DNA of 64,000 nucleotides from Macrostomum lignano (Eukaryota): NCBI GenBank assembly GCA_002269645.1, contig NIVC01003073.1, positions 1 to 64,000 of the forward strand, read 5' to 3'. Shown piece by piece: positions 60,094 to 64,000 of this stretch (position 1 is its first letter; each line of letters starts with the position of its first letter). The notes under the pieces were generated by a model. It saw only the letters and a program-made list of their open reading frames with translations, ran no database searches and was not told where the DNA came from. The position numbers and the translations under genes were made by a program.

Positions 60094-60555
60094 CACAACC
60101 GGCACGAAAGCTTAGTTTATGATAAATAAACAGCTTTCTGTATAGTAAATACCTACCCGAGTAGTATTGAGGGAGAAAATTATATCTGGAAATCAACAGT
60201 GCGAGTATATTCTGGTAAATGATTTTTGGGGCTGCATAAACAGTTAACGAAATATTAACAATTATAAACTTGAACCGTAATAACAAAACGGATACATTCT
60301 TCAAAGCGAATATCGATCGTTAGAGTCAGGATCGAGGCGCACTTTAAAGCGACATAATCGCACAACCGAAGCTTATGTTAAATAAGCAGATTTATGTATA
60401 ATAAACAGCTAGCAGAGTAGTATTGAGAGAAAAAGTCATGCCTGGATATCAAAAGTACGCGTTCGAGTATATTCTGCTCGGCTGCTTTGCTGCTAACTGA
60501 ATAACAAATAAAACAACAAAACGGATACTGTTTCAAAGCGAATGTCTGTTTAGAC
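60094..60555. repeat. Diverged direct duplication (~60094-60325 vs ~60361-60555)
   Basis: Shared ordered blocks CACAACCG, ATAAACAGCT, GAGTAGTATTGAG, CGAGTATATTCTG, ACAAAACGGATAC, TTCAAAGCGAAT. Confidence 0.75.
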
Positions 60556-60595
60556 TGTCGGTGCACCTGCTGAATCAATTTTTATCCCTCTATCT

Positions 60596-61253
60596 TTAGC
60601 AACGCTTCTCTAGAACATCCGCAAGCTGTTCTGCAATATAGGCCGTTCCAATTGCTGCATACCCTCCATTCAGCACTGTGCAGCCAATGTAAACGAGTTC
60701 GCCTGTTGTCAGGGTCATTCTGACCATAGTTGTGGCATATTTTGTGGCAGGATTAAAGGCGGTGACGAGATCAACTGCTGTTGCAGCCAGCGTCATTTTG
60801 TCGTCGAAGAGATGCTTCTCTTTGCCGAATATGTGCCACAGTTTGTTTGCATTCACTGGCAACACTGCTTTGCCCAAGCACTTGCTCACTGCCCAGGCCA
60901 GTCTTCCGTACTGCCGGACCCATCTGGTCGTTTTTAAAAATAAAGTAAATAAAATAAGATCGATACCCAAACACAAACGGTCTGATCTGAAGAAACAACA
61001 GAAGCGCACTTACGCAAAAGGGTAACTGAAGGCCCCCATGCGCCTCTTTCACGAAGCAAAGTGTGAAAACAAAGAAAATGGCAGCCACCAGAGTAACGCG
61101 GCTGAAATATTGTTACATGTACATACAATAAATTAGTACTTGAAGCATTCAGTTCATTTTATATTGGATAAAAATACATGTACGATTAGCTACATAAAAC
61201 TTATGAGCTTGTAACTTACATAATCGATGATTATCAGATTTTTCTCACTTCAT
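60596..61253 (-). CDS. Small secreted protein (135-139 aa, 3 exons) with a toxin-like HIFG...IGTAY domain
   Basis: ATG AA|GTGAGA (61253-61249); TTTCAG|exon 61101-61014|GTAAGT; exon 3 from 60910 (in frame) or 60923 (needs one G fewer in the G5 run at 61037-61033) to TAA at 60596. Splicing builds the signal peptide MNRVTLVAAIFFVFTLCFVKEAHG. Confidence 0.65.
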
Positions 61254-62524
61254 TGAACAGAAGCAGAGTTTTCTGAAGGGCTCTCCGCATGCCGCCCGTG
61301 TCTACATTTACATGGGCGCATACCTACCTATATGTATTGCAAAATTTCAAGGAAGGCAATTCCGCGGAAACTCCACGGAAATTCCATTTTTATAGAAAAT
61401 TCTAGAAAACTCCCTGTACACAAAAAGCGCATCAATAATTGTGTACACTGTTTAGTGGGTATTAGTGGGTATTTTAGGATCTGTAATAACTGTACAACTT
61501 AGTACCTTCTCAATCGTACACCGCTATCTCATACTGTACGTACGAGTAGGTTGAAAGAGATTTAAATCTACATTGAACCTTTTGTTGGGGGGAGGGTTGA
61601 ATATACCCTGTTCGCTGCTATAAGTAAAACTGAACTTGCTAAGTCGAGTTGCTCGGAAGGGACTTATATTAAGTTTTAATAAAATTTTCAACTGAAAAAT
61701 TGTACTCATTTGCTAGTATTATATAATTTTAAGCAGTTCTCTCTTTAGTTAAGGCATCTTCGGAACAAGAGTTGCAGAAAGAAATCGTTAAGCTCCATGT
61801 GGTGCGACGCCCATTAAATAGTTCCTCTGGGTATGACATCACAGCATGTGTGCTTCCGCATACAGGCTGCTTAGCTGATCCCGAAGATGAGAGCGCCTAT
61901 CTGGTAGAGACGGGTGAGTCCGAAATGTTAAGCTGCATGTTCTGCCGGATATGGAGAGTGGAAAATTAAAAGTACACTCAACTCGCTTCTTGCTCAGTTC
62001 TCAGGCTTCGTTTTGAGGCAGCTGTTAACCGTTTCCCAGGCCTCGTCTAGAAATCACAGGCTTGATTTTTCAGTGGGTTTTGGCCATTGACAGCTAGCCG
62101 TTCCATCGGTAAAGGAAGAAATATCCTTCCAATTCCTAATTGGCCTAGCCAAAGAAATGAAAAAAAACTCGTTTCTTCCCCACTTTGGCTGGGCCGGGTC
62201 TGTCTATGGTTCAATGCTTTTTTCCGCACACAGTCACTATTGACGGATGGCATGCCACGCGTACCATGGGGCTTCAATCTCTTTCCCACTGCCACAGAGC
62301 ACTGTGTCAATTTACGGCTCAAGAAATTCCCATAGACTACTGACTGGCTTACTTAACTATTGAGTTCCAACTGTCCTAAAATTTGCGCTTGACTGATACT
62401 ACAGTTTATTTTAAAACTGTCTATGGTAAAAACAGTCCAGAATCATGCAGTAAATTTTTACTGATATCACAATCTTGTCCAACTTTACTGTATAATTAAT
62501 TAAACTTACGCGAGACTCAAAATC

Positions 62525-63567
62525 ATGGCTAACAACATTGATGATGCTGCAATTGCAATTATGGAAGGTTCTGTTTTCACCAGCGATGGCAGCGACAGCG
62601 AATATATGAGTGTCGATGGAGATTTGCTGGACGAGGAAGATGGTGAGAGTAATGGTGAAGTAGCTGAGCATGGAGTCGAGTTCGCCAACGAGAATGAATG
62701 GACAACTGCTCAAGATGGTGAAGATTCGCGTCTCAGCGATCTGCCCGAATTCCTCGCTGTGCCTGGCCTGAACCCGGACATTCAAGCACAAGCTCCTGAA
62801 GGTAAAATGGCCCAGGTGCAATTCTATCTGCAGCACTTTCTCACCGCTGATCTGGTGTCTGCCATTCGCATCTGGACCAACGCCCGAGCTGACATGGAGC
62901 TTCAACATTTGACAGCTGAAGATCAGGACGGAGCTCTTCCCAATTTGCTATCAACTTGGAGACCGTGTACCGACAATGCGGTGAAGAAGTCACTAGTAAT
63001 CATCCTGTACATGGGTCTTGTGAAGAAGCCCAAAATGCACATGTACTGGTCCACGGGAGACTTCTACGGCGGCGAATACTTCCAGAAAGAACATTGCCTT
63101 GGAAGGGATCGGTTTGTGCAGATACTGTATTATCATTCCTTCGACTTTACGACTGCACCACCGACAACCAACATGACTCCTTGAAAAAGATTCGACCTTT
63201 TCTTAACATTGCCCGCGATATTTGCCAAGCAAATTACAGCCCACGTCAAGAGGTGTCTGTCGATGAAGAACTGGTCATGTACAAGGGCAGGCTCATTTTC
63301 CGGCAGTTCATGCCCAACAAGCGTGCCAGATTCGGCATCAAGGTCTACTGCTTGACGGAAGCTTCGACAGGTTTTCTGTGGAACTTTCATGTACATGCTG
63401 CTAATCAGGATAACGACAAGTTTGGAGATGGATTAAACTGCGGTAATGTATCGATGAGCGAGAAGATCGTCGTTGAATTGAGTAAAAATTTGCTGGACCT
63501 AGGGTACAAGGTCTTCTGTGACAGCTGGTTCACATCGCTCCGTCTGGCGCATTCACGCTACTCTTAG
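62525..63567 (+). pseudogene. piggyBac (PGBD4-like) transposase, frameshifted and 3'-truncated
   Basis: Acidic N-terminus, LQHFLT, IILYMGL..KP...YWST, GRDRFVQIL, KIRPFL, SVDEEL..YKGR..FRQFMPNKRARFGIKVY, FCDSWFTS (first two Asp of DDD). A 5-nt insertion at 63128-63132 shifts the frame. Similarity ends at ~63552. Possible left end TTAA|CCGTTT at 62025-62034. Confidence 0.9.
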
Positions 63568-64000
63568 TAAGCATCCGAGAAGATCGACGTACATTTAAAC
63601 GGTGTCTAAAAACCTTAACGATCGTGCTAGCGACCGCTCGACTGCGACTATATCTACCCTCCCCCCAGAATTGAGGACCCCGGCAGACGAAGTATCCAGG
63701 CGGATTTATGAGTTCACGCGCGAACTCAAGCTCAGGCGCGGCAATTCAAATTTCCGAAACCGTCCCTCGATCTTCAGCTACCGACATAAAAACCCACCCC
63801 CACCTCAGAGTTATGGTAGCTGATGTCCTGTTATTTCCAAGCTTGCATTACTCGACACGATGATGTTCTGGCCAAGCGAATATATTGTCTACTGATAAGT
63901 AGCAAGTATAGAGAGTATGGCGCAGAAAGTTTGCAGGATATGCGAGGAAATTTTGTCATTCGCGTAGAAGCGGGAGTTCTGTTCAGCTTGACTGATGGAT

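Noticed and set aside
59419-61418. TA-flanked CAGGGRGTTT inverted termini that would enclose the toxin-like gene in a Tc1/mariner-type element
   Set aside because: Only 10 bp with one mismatch and no further similarity, so chance cannot be excluded. Worth rechecking if the gene proves multicopy.

Overview
Eukaryotic (metazoan) genomic DNA with spliceosomal genes, GC-rich exons and about 28 distinct micro/minisatellite arrays. This style resembles the flatworm Macrostomum (inference only). Contents, left to right: (1) a young Ty3/Gypsy LTR retrotransposon on the minus strand (1-8394) with gag, a -1 frameshift signal, pol, a tRNA-Lys PBS and a PPT, plus an extra ORF in the env position encoding an HPD-motif DnaJ/J-domain protein; (2) a repeat-rich interval holding one intronless 556-aa orphan ORF; (3) a 5-exon RMND5/GID2 gene (-) and a PRDM10-like gene (+) arranged head-to-head around an AT-rich island containing a CCAAT palindrome, a small upstream ORF, a hAT MITE and a Penelope remnant with two decayed hammerhead ribozymes; (4) a 2-exon PhyH-family dioxygenase; (5) an unannotated 3-exon gene for a small secreted protein whose motifs recall bacterial polymorphic-toxin RNase tips; (6) a broken piggyBac transposase. 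The top leads are the J-domain-carrying Gypsy element and the secreted toxin-like gene. All alignments, splice models and family assignments were made by eye; no searches were run.
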